A stretch of DNA of 63,910 nucleotides, counting the filler, from Licmophora abbreviata (taxonomy: Eukaryota): the NCBI GenBank assembly GCA_900291995.1. It is 13 parts of 13 records of this genome, joined end to end, with 100 filler letters (N's around TTAATTAATTAA, not from the genome) between each part and the next. Parts side by side here need not be neighbours in the genome. Positions count along the whole stretch, not along the records: positions 20,913 to 23,272 come from OLMU01000851.1; positions 23,373 to 25,867 come from OLMU01000852.1; positions 25,968 to 31,488 come from OLMU01000854.1; positions 31,589 to 36,475 come from OLMU01000855.1; 9 more parts are not named here. One strand, written 5' to 3'. The translations under genes and the position numbers were made by a program. This document shows positions 23,134-35,054 of this stretch, one piece after another. Positions within the stretch are counted from its first letter, which is position 1, and each line of letters opens with the position of its first letter. The notes beneath the pieces were generated by a model. The model worked only from the letters and a program-made list of their open reading frames with translations, was not told the DNA's origin and made no database searches.

Positions 23134-24195
23134 ATGCTCAGTGTCCTTAGAATTGCATGCCTGTGCTTCTCGCTGTCCGTCGGGACTCTGGCGTTCAGCA
23201 CGGCGCCTCGTCGCAACAACGTGCGCGCCGCCACTAGATCTGCTGAACTTCAAGAGGATCCGCCAATGGAGGNNNNNNNNNNNNNNNNNNNNNNNNNNNN
23301 NNNNNNNNNNNNNNNNTTAATTAATTAANNNNNNNNNNNNNNNNNNNNNNNNNNNNNNNNNNNNNNNNNNNNGCCTGGTTGGGAGGTGTCGCAACGGCTG
23401 CTGGACTCGGCGTGCTGTCGTCGTCGTCGCTACCCGCGTGGGCCAGCGGAGGGGCTACTGCGGGAAAGTACGCGTAAGTGCCGATGGAATCGTTAGTTTG
23501 CTTGCGGGTCGGGCTGGTACAGTGGGCAGTACTCAACACAGTTGTTTCCAATTCTATACGTAGAACTATTCCAATTGCCAAGAGACGTTACTATGGAAGG
23601 GTTCAGCAGGCCGTACATGACTTTCTCGCAATGGGTCCGGATGTCGTCAAGGGTGACATGACGGTTCCTAATATTCAGCAGTTCTTTGATGTCAAGGGAA
23701 CCGTCATTATTGAGGCCAAGCGCAAAGATATCAGTGGGCAGTGCACTAAAAAGGATGGAGACTGTAGAGGACAAGAAATACGAGACTCTCGATACAATGA
23801 CATGAAGACTAGCATGTATCTTTTGGCGGTGAGTTTTTGTGGTGGCGCAGTTTCGACCTCGCGAACGACAACACACGATCGACTTGTCTCACCTGAGACA
23901 CACATGCTCTTCGAAACTACTTCTCCAGAATGCATTTCGTTTGAATCAGACCAAGGCACCGGATAACTTGCCAACCGTCAAAGCTGCAAAGAAGTTCTTT
24001 CGTGAAATGGATGCCATGGAACGGGCAATCGTCAAGAATCCCAAAAAGAACGACCCGTCCACGCAGCAACGCTACTTGAATGCGTTAGATATTCTTGATG
24101 AGTATTTGGATTTGGTTGAGCTGCCACCTACCGAGTCGGGACATTACGAGCAAGAATTTTCAACCTTGGTAGGAGAATCGGCGAGACTAACGTAA
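23134..24195 (+). CDS. Plastid (probably thylakoid-lumen) protein of unknown function; introns 23474-23563 and 23829-23928; spans a gap
   Basis: Signal peptide ending TLA-F, transit peptide, then a hydrophobic stretch ending PAWA-SGG (A-x-A lumen peptidase-like site); exons join in frame. Confidence 0.7.
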
Positions 24196-24268
24196 GTTGG
24201 ACGCTAAGTATAACGAAGTTGTTTACTCTATTAGTGATAGCAGAGCAATGACCCGTAACCAACGTTGA

Positions 24269-25867
24269 CTACTTTGTATCATTCTTTTGATTCTTGCTTG
24301 ACTCTCTCCACCAGTTGAGATGAGGATACTTGACCAGCATGCTCGTCTCGCTCTTGTCGACAATGGCGTCAGTCAAAATGTCCCCGTACACGCCGTGGTA
24401 TAAAAGACCTCGACTGCTGAGACCAGTAAAGATCCAGACATCGTCAACAAAAGACGAGCTAGAGACCCGTCCGATAATAGGCAGTCGGCCCAATCTTCCT
24501 CGTCGACTCTGTACTCTATATCCACTTGTCACCTTATGAATGTTTCCTTCATCCCACACTTGTGGGGCGAGGTCGTAGGATCGGTCTCGAAGGTCGGAGG
24601 CGACTTGGCTTTCCGACAAGGGCTCCGCTCGGTACTCGTGTGTGGCTCCAATTAGAACTTTCGAGTTGTCCAACATAGGCGAGATGTACTTGCCACAAAG
24701 TAAGGCTTGTTGTTGTTCCTGGAAATCATCGATAGGAGGAACTGACATTTCAATCGACTGGCCACGAATCAAGTCGACAGGCAGATTGCTGGTAGCGCTG
24801 GTTGTGCCATCCAGTATGTGATCGTGCCACAAGGCGGAGCCTGACGACAGAATCACAGTGTCATATGACTCCAATTTGCGTTTCCAATCGTAGTCTGGAT
24901 CCGATGCTTCCGCTTCCACAATCCATTCTGCTTGACAATCACCCGACATGTCCATACACGCAGCCCATAGTCCTTGTAGATATGAGGGAACATGAATCGC
25001 TCGACATGGTTTCGATAATCGTAAACCGCCCATAGAGGAGGTCCCACACAATCGATCCATTTCGTTTGAATCCAACCATTCACAGAAATCAGGGTGGTCG
25101 ACGGCTGTTTGCTGGAGCTGCTGTACATTGGCTTGCGTCGTCGCCACCCTATAGAGCTCGTTTCGCATAACTGCCTGTGGAACGTAGCGAGACGATGCTC
25201 CAACAAGTCGAGCTGTTGATGTGAGACCTTCCAATCCCCAGTGCACTAGCTTTCCTTTTGGGGACAGCGGATGAACCAAACTGCAAACGGAAGAATAGAG
25301 AATAGAAAGGGCAGTGACACGTAGTGAGTGAGACCGACGGAAAACACTTGTCATTCCAAGCACTTAATGTCGTCGCAACTAGACGGTGGCGTCTCGTCTC
25401 AGAGATCTTGGTGATATGGACTGTCGTCATGAGCCAGGCTCCATGAGGAGTAGCAAATAGTGGATCCTCACTGACGCGACGCCGCGATAGTAGTCAAACA
25501 TGAGTGCGGAAGAGCAGAAAGCTTCAACCTAGCCTAACTTACCCACCAGCTACCGATGATGCTCCCGCAGTACCGACTGGGGCCTTGTCAATCACTGCGA
25601 TGTGCACTGCGTTCTTCTTCTCGTTAAACTTTTCCAGCAAATGAAACGCTGTCGACAGCCCGGCAAGGCCTCCACCGACAATGGCAATTTTTCGCGGGCC
25701 GGATTCGTTGCTGGCAGCAGTCTCGGGAGTTTCCTCCAATGAAAGAAAGCATCTACCAGGTCCGATCCGTGGCCGCGACAGTCCTCGGATGACATGAATC
25801 GAATTTCTCATGGAAAAAGACGAACAAACATTCAGTAGGAGAAGAACATTCGAAAGCAACCGCAGCG
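24269..25867 (-). CDS. FAD-dependent oxidoreductase, DAO/glycine oxidase/MnmC C-terminal-like; intron 25281-25542; 5' end at a gap
   Basis: IAIVGGGLAG, GASSVAGG^LVHP, IRGQ, IGATHE and TGLSSRGL motifs. Confidence 0.85.
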
Positions 25868-25983
25868 NNNNNNNNNNNNNNNNNNNNNNNNNNNNNNNNN
25901 NNNNNNNNNNNTTAATTAATTAANNNNNNNNNNNNNNNNNNNNNNNNNNNNNNNNNNNNNNNNNNNNGCTAAAGATCGCGACC

Positions 25984-26976
25984 ATGACGCTACGCCGGTC
26001 CCCTCGTCGCGCCATGACGGCCATGAAGCCCTCCCCGATCACTCTAGATCCTCTCAAGTCTCGAAAGAAGTCTGTCCCATCAAACAGAAAGGTGAAATTG
26101 GTCACAGCAGCGGCAACTGCCACATTGGCTGTCGCATCCCCTGCTTCGGCGCTGATCACACCATCGCCAAGAGTTGCGGCACGGCCCACGTCCCTGAGCC
26201 GGCTGCAGGAGTCCTCGAAGAAGTCGGGTGGGAGAAGAAGTACGAGTAGTGCTAAGACTACAAAGAGAACCTACAGTTTCGATGCCGTCTGGGCAGGAAG
26301 ATTTCCATCGCTGAACGACAAGGGAATCCAAGTTCACACGCTCATTCTGGGTTCACATCCGTCGGTTCGTTCTTTTCAAAAAGATCAGTACTTTGCACAC
26401 CCTCTCAACGCCTTTTGGTGGATCGTGGGCGACTGCCTTGGCTTTCGAAGGCAGAGTGGTATTGGCGCCACTGGAAAGCCCTATCAACTGACGGAGCAAC
26501 TCCGCTACGACAACTCGCACATTCTCCCGTACGACCAACAGCTGGAACGATTTGTGTTGCACGGCTTCGCGCTGTGGGACATTGTCCAGTCATGCCATCG
26601 ACCGGGGTCGCTCGATCAAGATATCCGAGACGAAGTACCCAATGATATCCGCGCGTTCTGCGAGGCGCATCCGTCAATTCGACGCATCGTACTCGTCAAT
26701 GGTGGGACAGGCTCGAGTCTATTCCGTAAGCACTTTCGCGAATGGTGGATGTCTGGAGAACTCCAAGCCGCCCCTGATGAGCAGTCGCAAAAGGCATTCG
26801 GGAGAGCTCCAAGCGTGCCCAGTCCGGGCCGAGTCATTCGTTGCGTTTGCGCCATTTCGGTATCTCCAGCGGCGGCCAAGTGGAGTTACGCAGAGAAGCG
26901 TGACTTTTGGGCGCAGCACGTGTATGAGCCTGGTCTGGACGATTTCCGGCAGTTGCAGGGCGACTCATCTTTGTAG
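25984..26976 (+). CDS. Hypoxanthine-DNA glycosylase-like protein (UDG superfamily, family 6)
   Basis: LILGSHPSVRS..QYFAHPLNAFW, ALWDIVQSC.RPGSLDQDI, PNDI, NG and SVSPA motifs; basic N-terminal extension. Confidence 0.85.
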   Translation: MTLRRSPRRAMTAMKPSPITLDPLKSRKKSVPSNRKVKLVTAAATATLAVASPASALITPSPRVAARPTSLSRLQESSKKSGGRRSTSSAKTTKRTYSFDAVWAGRFPSLNDKGIQVHTLILGSHPSVRSFQKDQYFAHPLNAFWWIVGDCLGFRRQSGIGATGKPYQLTEQLRYDNSHILPYDQQLERFVLHGFALWDIVQSCHRPGSLDQDIRDEVPNDIRAFCEAHPSIRRIVLVNGGTGSSLFRKHFREWWMSGELQAAPDEQSQKAFGRAPSVPSPGRVIRCVCAISVSPAAAKWSYAEKRDFWAQHVYEPGLDDFRQLQGDSSL

Positions 26977-27133
26977 CAGTACAAGAGTTGAAGATGATTT
27001 GAATGACGCTGAAGTCATGCCCGTCTACGTTTCACCTCTCCACAAACATATAGTTACTGCGCAAAAACTAAATTGAATGAGTACGCTATTCTATATTATC
27101 ACTCTAGTCTACAGTATCAACACTACTTCACAG

Positions 27134-28309
27134 CTATGACCCCAGCTTTTCAACGAGATCTCGAACCTTCTTTCCTTCCGTCTTGGCTTGATCTGCACAG
27201 AAGCATTCCGACTCTCGACGACTTAGTGTCGGACGGGTTCGACCTTGCGCAAATCGGTCTCGGTCCGGCGACACGTATTCATCGAAAACAACCAGCGCTC
27301 GGACGTCAAAGGATCGTCTTGGCGGAGCGTTTCTCTCTTTCACAGTTGCCAGCGCACAGTGCCACAAATCGGAGGGTCTCTTCATGTCGCGGTCGTATTG
27401 TAAGAACAATAAGCACTCCTCGGTTGTCATGCGAGGAAAGGTGAACCAGCGACTTGCTGATACGTCAGGCTTTGCGTCGGGGAAACATGCCCGTTGAGGT
27501 GACGTTCTACTGGTACTATCAGTGCTGCTGTATTGAGTGGACCGCACGGCCAGTGGAGCACGACGCACAGGCTCAGAAGGAGCAGCGTTCCGCCAGAGAT
27601 TGACTATACAGAATCGTCGCCCCGATGCAAGCTTCTCCTCCAACGCTGCTTGTGAAAAGAGCTCTGACTGATATTCATCGTCAATTCGGTTGTTTCCGAT
27701 AAGGCGGGCGACTTCGCCAATGCGATCGAAGGCCCCAATGTCAGTGTCGATATGTACCAAGGGCGCAATCGATGCTGTGGGCAAACGCTGGTTCGCCGCG
27801 CTCTCGCCCATGTGCCTCCCGATGAGTTGATCGTCGCCGCGATACATAGGGTGCCAAAAGACAGTGTCCAATATTCTAGTTCCAGGAAAGGCGTTGGGGA
27901 TGACACTGTTTCGGAGTAGCGGTAGATACTTGGATCGAATCTGTTCCAGGTCTTCATAGTCAGTGACGGTCGTGGGCGCATGTTGAAGCTCGAATCCGCA
28001 ACGCTGTATCGAAGGATCTACCAACAGACCTTTCTCATCATCCCAGAACCCCTTCCTTCCATCATAGATACATTCCAGACATCTTCCATCGCCGTTGACG
28101 TGATCGAAATAGGGCTGCTGCACTGCCTCGCCATAGTGAGAATGAACGTATTCGTTCGCCGCCGAGTAATCGATCTCTGCTTGGAGCCAGACTACCGGAC
28201 CCAGCTTATTTGGACTATCAGAGACGGACAAGGCGAACGTAGATGATACAGTGAGCAGAAGCGCCACCGCAAGCCTCTTCGGGAAGCTGCCGTCGCGTCG
28301 CAGTACCAT
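27134..28309 (-). CDS. CmcJ/AsaB/NvfI-like Fe(II)/2-oxoglutarate oxygenase with signal peptide
   Basis: CGFELQHAPT, HID, VNLWRN..PLAV, WFTFPRMT.EECLLFLQYD, HCA and RRSFDVRALV in family order. Confidence 0.75.
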   Translation of the reverse strand: MVLRRDGSFPKRLAVALLLTVSSTFALSVSDSPNKLGPVVWLQAEIDYSAANEYVHSHYGEAVQQPYFDHVNGDGRCLECIYDGRKGFWDDEKGLLVDPSIQRCGFELQHAPTTVTDYEDLEQIRSKYLPLLRNSVIPNAFPGTRILDTVFWHPMYRGDDQLIGRHMGESAANQRLPTASIAPLVHIDTDIGAFDRIGEVARLIGNNRIDDEYQSELFSQAALEEKLASGRRFCIVNLWRNAAPSEPVRRAPLAVRSTQYSSTDSTSRTSPQRACFPDAKPDVSASRWFTFPRMTTEECLLFLQYDRDMKRPSDLWHCALATVKERNAPPRRSFDVRALVVFDEYVSPDRDRFAQGRTRPTLSRRESECFCADQAKTEGKKVRDLVEKLGS

Positions 28310-28554
28310 TGTCGTCGCTACTATCGAATGCTCCGCGTGTGCCTGTGATGGATTTTCCAGCCTGGCTCGGCTCGCGCTCAGACGGCGCGCTGGGCGATGC
28401 TGTGTGGCAAAGCGTTCTGGATGTCTTTCATGATGAGTTGCTACCGGCACCGACCCCATGATACCCGATTGCAACTAGACGAGCCCACTGTTCCAGTTAG
28501 GATCATACCATACCTCCTCCTATCATGATCTTCAGTGAACGTCGGTTATTATGG

Positions 28555-31500
28555 CTACCGTCGAATGTAAAATAGCATGTATGCCCCTTCACACTTCAAT
28601 ACATCGTCTCCCACGCTCCCATCATTGCTCGCAAGGCTAACATGTGCGTCGTTGCAATGATACCACTGCTCTCCCACCTTCACGTTCGATGTGTAGTGAC
28701 CCTGAACGAGCGTCCCCTTGTGATTAACACTTCCAAACAAGTCGTAAAGCAACTCTGGAGCGCTGCTATCGGCTGGACTAGGAGCGGCCACATCTTCGAC
28801 TTCGCGCCAGTGTGGAAGCAGTGGACCCATGTCGAGACCAAACTCCGGATATGACACGAAGTCTGTTATCTTGCGATTGTTGGCAGCATCAAAGCGCTTC
28901 AAATGAATACAAAGCACCTTGGGGAGTCGTGCAAATGTATGCTGTTTCCGTGTCGTCGTCTTTTTAGCGCAGGAAGGACAGTCCACAGGATCGGCCAATG
29001 CCTCGGCGTCCGTAAAGTGCTGTAGGCACCATTGTAAGGACAAGTTACTCGAACGAGATGTACCTTCCATTTGCTTGGCAAGGGGGAGAGAGATATTGAG
29101 ATATGTCTCGGGCAGAGAACGCTTGCATCCACATTCACCGCAGATCAGCACCGAGCGCAGAGTGCCCTCGAACAACTTATTGACAATATCTGCGACAAGG
29201 GGAAAGATAGGACAATTTGTGACAGCCATGAGACTCAACCATGATAACATAATCACAAGATAGCCACTGCAGTGCTCTCCCTACCACAATCTTGTCGTTG
29301 ACGTGTTCCTGTCATCAACTCTGGGCCCTTTGATGTGGAGGCCTGGTTGCGTATCTTGCGAACAGTATCTTGGTATATTCGGCAGTGTTTCCCGAGGGTG
29401 TCCAGAAAGGCTTGAAGGAATTCATGTGCATCGCGTTGCTCGTAGCCTGCCAGATGGTCCATACCGCCACTTCTCCAAGCAGCAGTTAGAAGGTCGGATA
29501 GTACGAGGGGCTCACCTCGCAAGTCCGCTTTGGACTCGGCCGATGCGCTGGCTTGATAAGAAAAGTGGTCCGAAGAGTTCGGGGGCTCACATACAGCGGC
29601 CCGCGCATCTTTCCCAACAGAACTCCCAAAGTAATCGAGAAAAATATTATCCATCTCGCATGCCAAGCAGATGTCGTCAATACTGTCAAGTGGCTTTGTA
29701 TCGCTAGTAGCAGCACCCGCACTTGCGGTGTCGGCTAGTAGCTGCTTCGCGACATATCGCCGAAGGCACCGACACGATCTGTGATCATGCCGAACATCAA
29801 GAAGAAAGTGACGCTGGAACGGAACACAGTGCACTAAGACGTTGATGACTGAACTCATGAAGCACGTTTGGCCAAGGTTGTACGCTCCGACAGGAGCACG
29901 AATCTTCCAATTATCAGTGCCTATTGGTGAAAACAATCGATGAAGACGAGTTGAGCGATCGCCGTGCCTGTACAACTGACTGCTCAGATAATCAATTCGA
30001 AGCACTAACCTCTCGACTCTTGATACAAGGCGAAATCCAAGGCCTTTGGCCCCCAAGTCAAAGACTGATTCCGTGGTTCACCTCTAAACACGCGCGAGCG
30101 ATGCAATGTCATCTGAGCCGCATTCCTATACTCGTTGGGAACCACTAATGGGTAGGACGCAAAGAGACCGCGCCACACGACACCATAGTCACTGATTGTC
30201 GCGAATTGCAGTGCATCAAAGGAGCGCTGAACTGGCTGCGCTGTCCATCCCATCCATGGTAGTCGCCGCGATATGTCAATTCTCTCGCGCTCTTGATCGA
30301 AAACAGCGTGGGCTACGAGATCTCCACAGTCGAAACAGTACACTTCCGCTCGATCGCCACAGGTGACAGCTATAGAGAGAATCAGCAAAAAGAAAGGAGA
30401 AAATCAGTGTCAAGTTCGAAGGTAGGCACTACGAGCATATTAGCGCCTCCAACGTACCAAAAGAGTGCCCAGTCTCAATCATGTGGTGGATAATATTGTG
30501 TGCCGAGCCGTTGCAGGAATCATTCGGGCCATAGCCAACGAATTCACATTCTAAGCACTGCAGGACGCCATCGCTAGTTGCTCTGCATGGGGTGTCGTTC
30601 CATACACGACTCGATGGGCGAGAACTATGCGCACCCAACGCTCCAAAGGGGGATATTGAGGTTTGCTGCTTGTTTTGTTCTCGATCCTGTCGATGATCCC
30701 AGTATGCATTACGACTCTGACGAAAGCGTTCCACCCATTCCTCCACCTTTGACCGAGCCAGCGTTGCGTCCTGTTCCCAGAGTTCTCTATGGATGCGGCG
30801 GGTATGGCCCTTGTCGCCGTGGGAGCCATGAGACCCAGCACTTCCGATGGAGTTTAAGTATGACCCAGGGAGTACCTGCGGAAGGCCAAGATCGACTCCA
30901 TTCTTTCCCTTGGTTGTCTCCTTCTTGCGTTTTTTCGACGCGGTTGCTGATTTCTTGTCCTTTCGCTTGGCTAGTGCTCCACGACGCTGCTGAAGAATGA
31001 GTTCTTCCATACGACGTAGCTCATGGTAGCGACCCTCTGGCAGAAGAAACTGGGTAGCGGGCTTTGCTTGTGAAGGCGGCGCTGCAGCGGGGGATATCGT
31101 ACTGCTGATTCCTCGTTCGGATTCGACCGACGAAGCTGCCACTTCCGGTACTACTGGGGTGACCAATCCGCCAGAGATCGGTGTTCCATCCTTCGATCCG
31201 ACAGTCACGGGTGCCCCCTGCGCAGATTTTTCCGGCATAGAATCAGAGACAGAAGACGTCGATACTTTCATCATTGATGTTTGTGCACCGAGTGAGCCTT
31301 CGCTTTTTAGGGGTGCGTCAGAGGCACGCTCGGGATCCCGATTGTTAGTAGAAGCAACGCCCGCCACTCCTTGAATAGGTGTAGTCACAGGCACTGGCGC
31401 GGCGACAGGCGTCGACGCAGTAGTTTCCGCCCCTCCTGAAGAAGCGATCTCCTCTCTCCCCAAGATTGTGACCGGACCTGCGCTTTCTNNNNNNNNNNNN

Positions 31501-31711
31501 NNNNNNNNNNNNNNNNNNNNNNNNNNNNNNNNTTAATTAATTAANNNNNNNNNNNNNNNNNNNNNNNNNNNNNNNNNNNNNNNNNNNNCCCTCCTGAAGA
31601 AGCGATCTCCTCTCTCCCCAAGATTGTGACCGGACCTGCGCTTTCTTCTGATTTCACTCCCATTGACACCGTCGCTTCCTCGCTCCCCGGCACGGCCTCC
31701 GAGGCGACCAT
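28555..31711 (-). CDS. Ubiquitin-specific protease (peptidase C19), USP22/Ubp8-like with a UBP-type Zn finger; multi-exon, start uncertain, spans a gap
   Basis: Cys box GAYNLGQTCFMSSV, EQRDAHEF, IHLKRF, His box VNHKG..GHY..WYHCND; Zn-finger CLEC...H.IHH...VYCFDCGD. Confidence 0.85.
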
Positions 31712-32815
31712 CGACTCACGCTCCTTCCTGACTGGAGCTGTCTCGGTGTACGTGTACTTGTCGGTACAACGAGCAGGCTGGGGAAGAGGGCAAAAGGATC
31801 CAGCTATTCCCGGAGAAAGGAGCGCGTCGGTACGTCGTTGCTCATCGCCGAAGAGAGACGGCTGTGTGTGGACGAGATGGCCTTTCGGTAGAAGTATCGT
31901 GCAGCCGTCTGGCTGTAGCAGCGATGCCAGATGAAGCGCATGTACAGGATTCACAATCGTCCACGAGGTCGAATTCGGAGACGAAGGAATACATTCAAGA
32001 TCGAGAAGGTGCGGCAGAAAGGCCTCCAAGTGGCTACACCGACAGGTGTTTTGAGTCTCCCGGGCAGCAGCGGCTATGCTTTCACATTTGCCAGAAGCCG
32101 ATTCATTTCTGGTGCTCGGATCCACTATTTCGATGGCCAAGCTTCATTTTTCTGTCACTTTAGCGACAGCGATACTCCTCGAAGTGTCGTCACCGGTGAC
32201 ATGCGACTTGCGGAGGACGCTGAGATTCTCTGGCGCTGGCCATGGAGTGGCAAGAAGTTGAAACTGGCAACGCGGTCATGGCGATGAGCGATGAGCTTGA
32301 GATCTTGAACACGGGTCCGTCAGCAGACAGACCGGGGGGTCGTCACCCGAATGCCGGATTCATTTTTTCTTTCGGCTTGATCTGTACCGAGTTAGCCTTA
32401 GCACTGTACCAGGTACGAGTAGGTCTCGATAAGTCTATCGGAACTATTGATTGACTACGGCGAGCTATCAGGTAATTGCAGGACTACCTATCAGGCGGTG
32501 AGTCAAGTCCGACAACGCAATAGCTATAACCTATGATGCAAGCTATTGAAATACAGCTCCGGGCACGGCGCTGCCAAGGCCATGAACTGTCAAGCTTCCG
32601 CGTTGGAACGCACGACTGAAGAGTGTGGAGTAGCTACATGCCCATGTACTGTAAACAATGCAATCGCTAGAGTAGAACGTTTGCCACGCGGCGACAGTCC
32701 GCGCGTCACGTTAGTACATGTAGACTCTACAACCCCTCTGACGTCGCTTCAAGAGCACAACCTTGCTGCCGCGACTTGTCAACCAGCTGGCACTGGAGCA
32801 GGGTCTCGTCTCTAC

Positions 32816-34551
32816 CTATGAAAGTGAATCTGGCTGGTTATGGTATCTGATGTCGAGCATCATCCCATGGAACGGAAGGCCGTCCAATCGCGTCACCTCA
32901 AACAGCAAACCATCGTCCTGCATGCAGAAATAAAGAAACATTCCATCCGGCGAAAAGGCGAGCCCCGTCGTTTCCAGCGTGTAGCTAACCTCTTCCAATA
33001 TTGTAAAGAACTGTCCCAGACTATTTCGTCCATGGATACCTGCCCTTCGTCCCTGATCCTCTACAAAGTAGAGAATATCGTGATCTTCGTCCGCCAAGAT
33101 TCGCTTCAATTGATCCGGCGTTCCGTCGAACGCGCCATGCTCCGTCGAAAAGCTCTCATACGTACCGTCGTCCAAATTGATGAAGAAAAGCATTTTAATC
33201 TTCTTGCAGGTCATGAAGAGAATGTTGCCGGATCGATCGAGACCTTCCGAACTGGGATAGTAAAGCTCGGCGTTGAACTTTGCTACTTTGTGGTCACGAG
33301 TCCAGATGTACGTCCCCTTCGTGCTGTTCTCTGATTCAGGCTCTAATACAAGAAACTCCAGCGTGCCCTCACTGTGCAATATATCCCAGGGCGAGTCCCA
33401 GTCCACCACATCAGGCGTCAACCTGCGAAGGGCGCCTTTCTTTTGATCTTCCGTTACGAAGAATTGTGGGTGCGTCTGGTTCCTGTCGTCGTACGCGAAA
33501 GCTTCCAGTCGTCCTGTCTTGAATCCCTTCGCCACTTCCGCCGGTCGGCTTCCGAATGGATCTACTTGATAGACTTTGCCAACCTCAGAGATCTCCTCAC
33601 ACGACACAAATGTACCCCAAGGCGTTCGGCCTCCCTAGGAAATACGAGATACGATCAACATGACACAAGCAAGTTCTGGTCAGAACAAGATCGCATCACA
33701 CAATTCAAGCACTACGAGCACACCTGCCTTGACTACACGTACCGCACAGTTCATGGTAGTTCCTGTGAGTAGCATTTTGTAGTCGATCATCTTCCCAGTT
33801 CGGTCGAACACGAGGGAGCCGACTCCCCCTTGTCCCGCTTCCTCCACCTCGCTGTTGCTCAGGTACGCCCATCCGCCCGGATTCTCCGGATGATCTTCGG
33901 GGAATGCAAAGCATGCCCCGTAATCCGGGCGATGGTGAAAGCGGACCGATGACTGGCCTCCTTCATCGAACACAACTCTGCTACCGGCAACTGCGATGAT
34001 ACGGGCGGTCAGACCTTCAGACAGCAAGAGGCCGGCCTCTCGGGTAGTCAAATTTCCCGGCTGGTACGTTACTGGCGTGGCCGGTAGGACAGGATCGTCG
34101 ATCTTGATGGAAGGAGAGGGCGTCGGGGGATCTGTCGATACAGGTTCAGCCGATGAAGGCGTAGCAGTCGGGAACGATGAAGACGTAGAGGTGGGGGGCG
34201 ATGAAGGTGTAGCAGAGGGAAATGGTGAAGGCGGAATGACTGGTGAGGGCGTATCCAACGAGCCGCCCTGACGGAAGGAGAAGCAGTGAATTTCAAAAAG
34301 AGGTGAGTACCGGTACACCTTGTTGGTGCTACGTTAGTTCACTACAGTGGAAAAATAATCGACTACACTTGATCATCGCGCACCTCTGCCAGCGTCGACG
34401 AATCTCCACCGCCGCCTGAACCGTCACGCGCTGCGATGACCACGATCACAATTGTCGTCAAGACGACGAAGGAGACAGCGGCGAATAGCGTCGCCCAAGC
34501 TCGGGTCCTCCTATCCTTGAAAGGACACAGCCGGTCAACAAACGAGACCAT
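32816..34551 (-). CDS. phoX: Membrane-anchored PhoX-family (DUF839) alkaline phosphatase, copy 1; exons 34551-34384, 34267-33743, 33634-32816
   Basis: N-terminal TM helix, short P/S/T stalk, then PDYGA, YLSNSE, spliced NCAGGRTPWGTFVSCEE, EAFAYD, TED and ETTGLAFSPDG. Confidence 0.88.
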
Positions 34552-35054
34552 GCTCTACCGTGATGTATGAGAGGAGTAGAAGTGATCACGGCGTCAAAAC
34601 CTGTGTTCGCATCACGGAAAAAGTTCTTTTGAATCTCGCAATGGGGGGCTCCTCTCTCTCAAAGCGAAAATTTGGTGATGATTTACTTATGGGCATGCCA
34701 GCGTGTCGAGGCATTTCGCGGGACCAAAATGTGTGAGTGACATATCATACCCAAACATTCACAATTTAATTTTCTTTATGTTAATGATATATTCATTCAT
34801 TTAATTACTGAGTATTAGTTCATGCACACGACTCGCGGAAACAGATTTTGGCGATTCGACCACTACCCGATGTGTATTGCGAAACTCCTGTGTGCTGCGC
34901 TGTCGGCCTCTCTCTACGCCACACTCTTACGAGTCACAGCGAGAGAGCCTTCCTGGCTCCACACATAGATGATAAGGGGCGGCTCTCGACCTTCGGTATA
35001 TCCGTTTGAAGCTTTTAACCTTTGTACCAAGTCGCCAGTGTTGCCTGTGCCACT
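34552..35054. promoter_or_regulatory. Divergent intergenic/promoter region between phoX copies 1 and 2 with an AT-rich core (about 34740-34825)
   Basis: Head-to-head ATGs at 34551 (-) and 35055 (+); visibly AT-rich tract; TGAATCTC at 34630-34637. Confidence 0.55.

Noticed and set aside
31431..31646. Identical 58-nt sequence on both sides of the gap in the USP gene
   Set aside because: Most simply an unmerged contig overlap; a real tandem repeat cannot be shown without reads.
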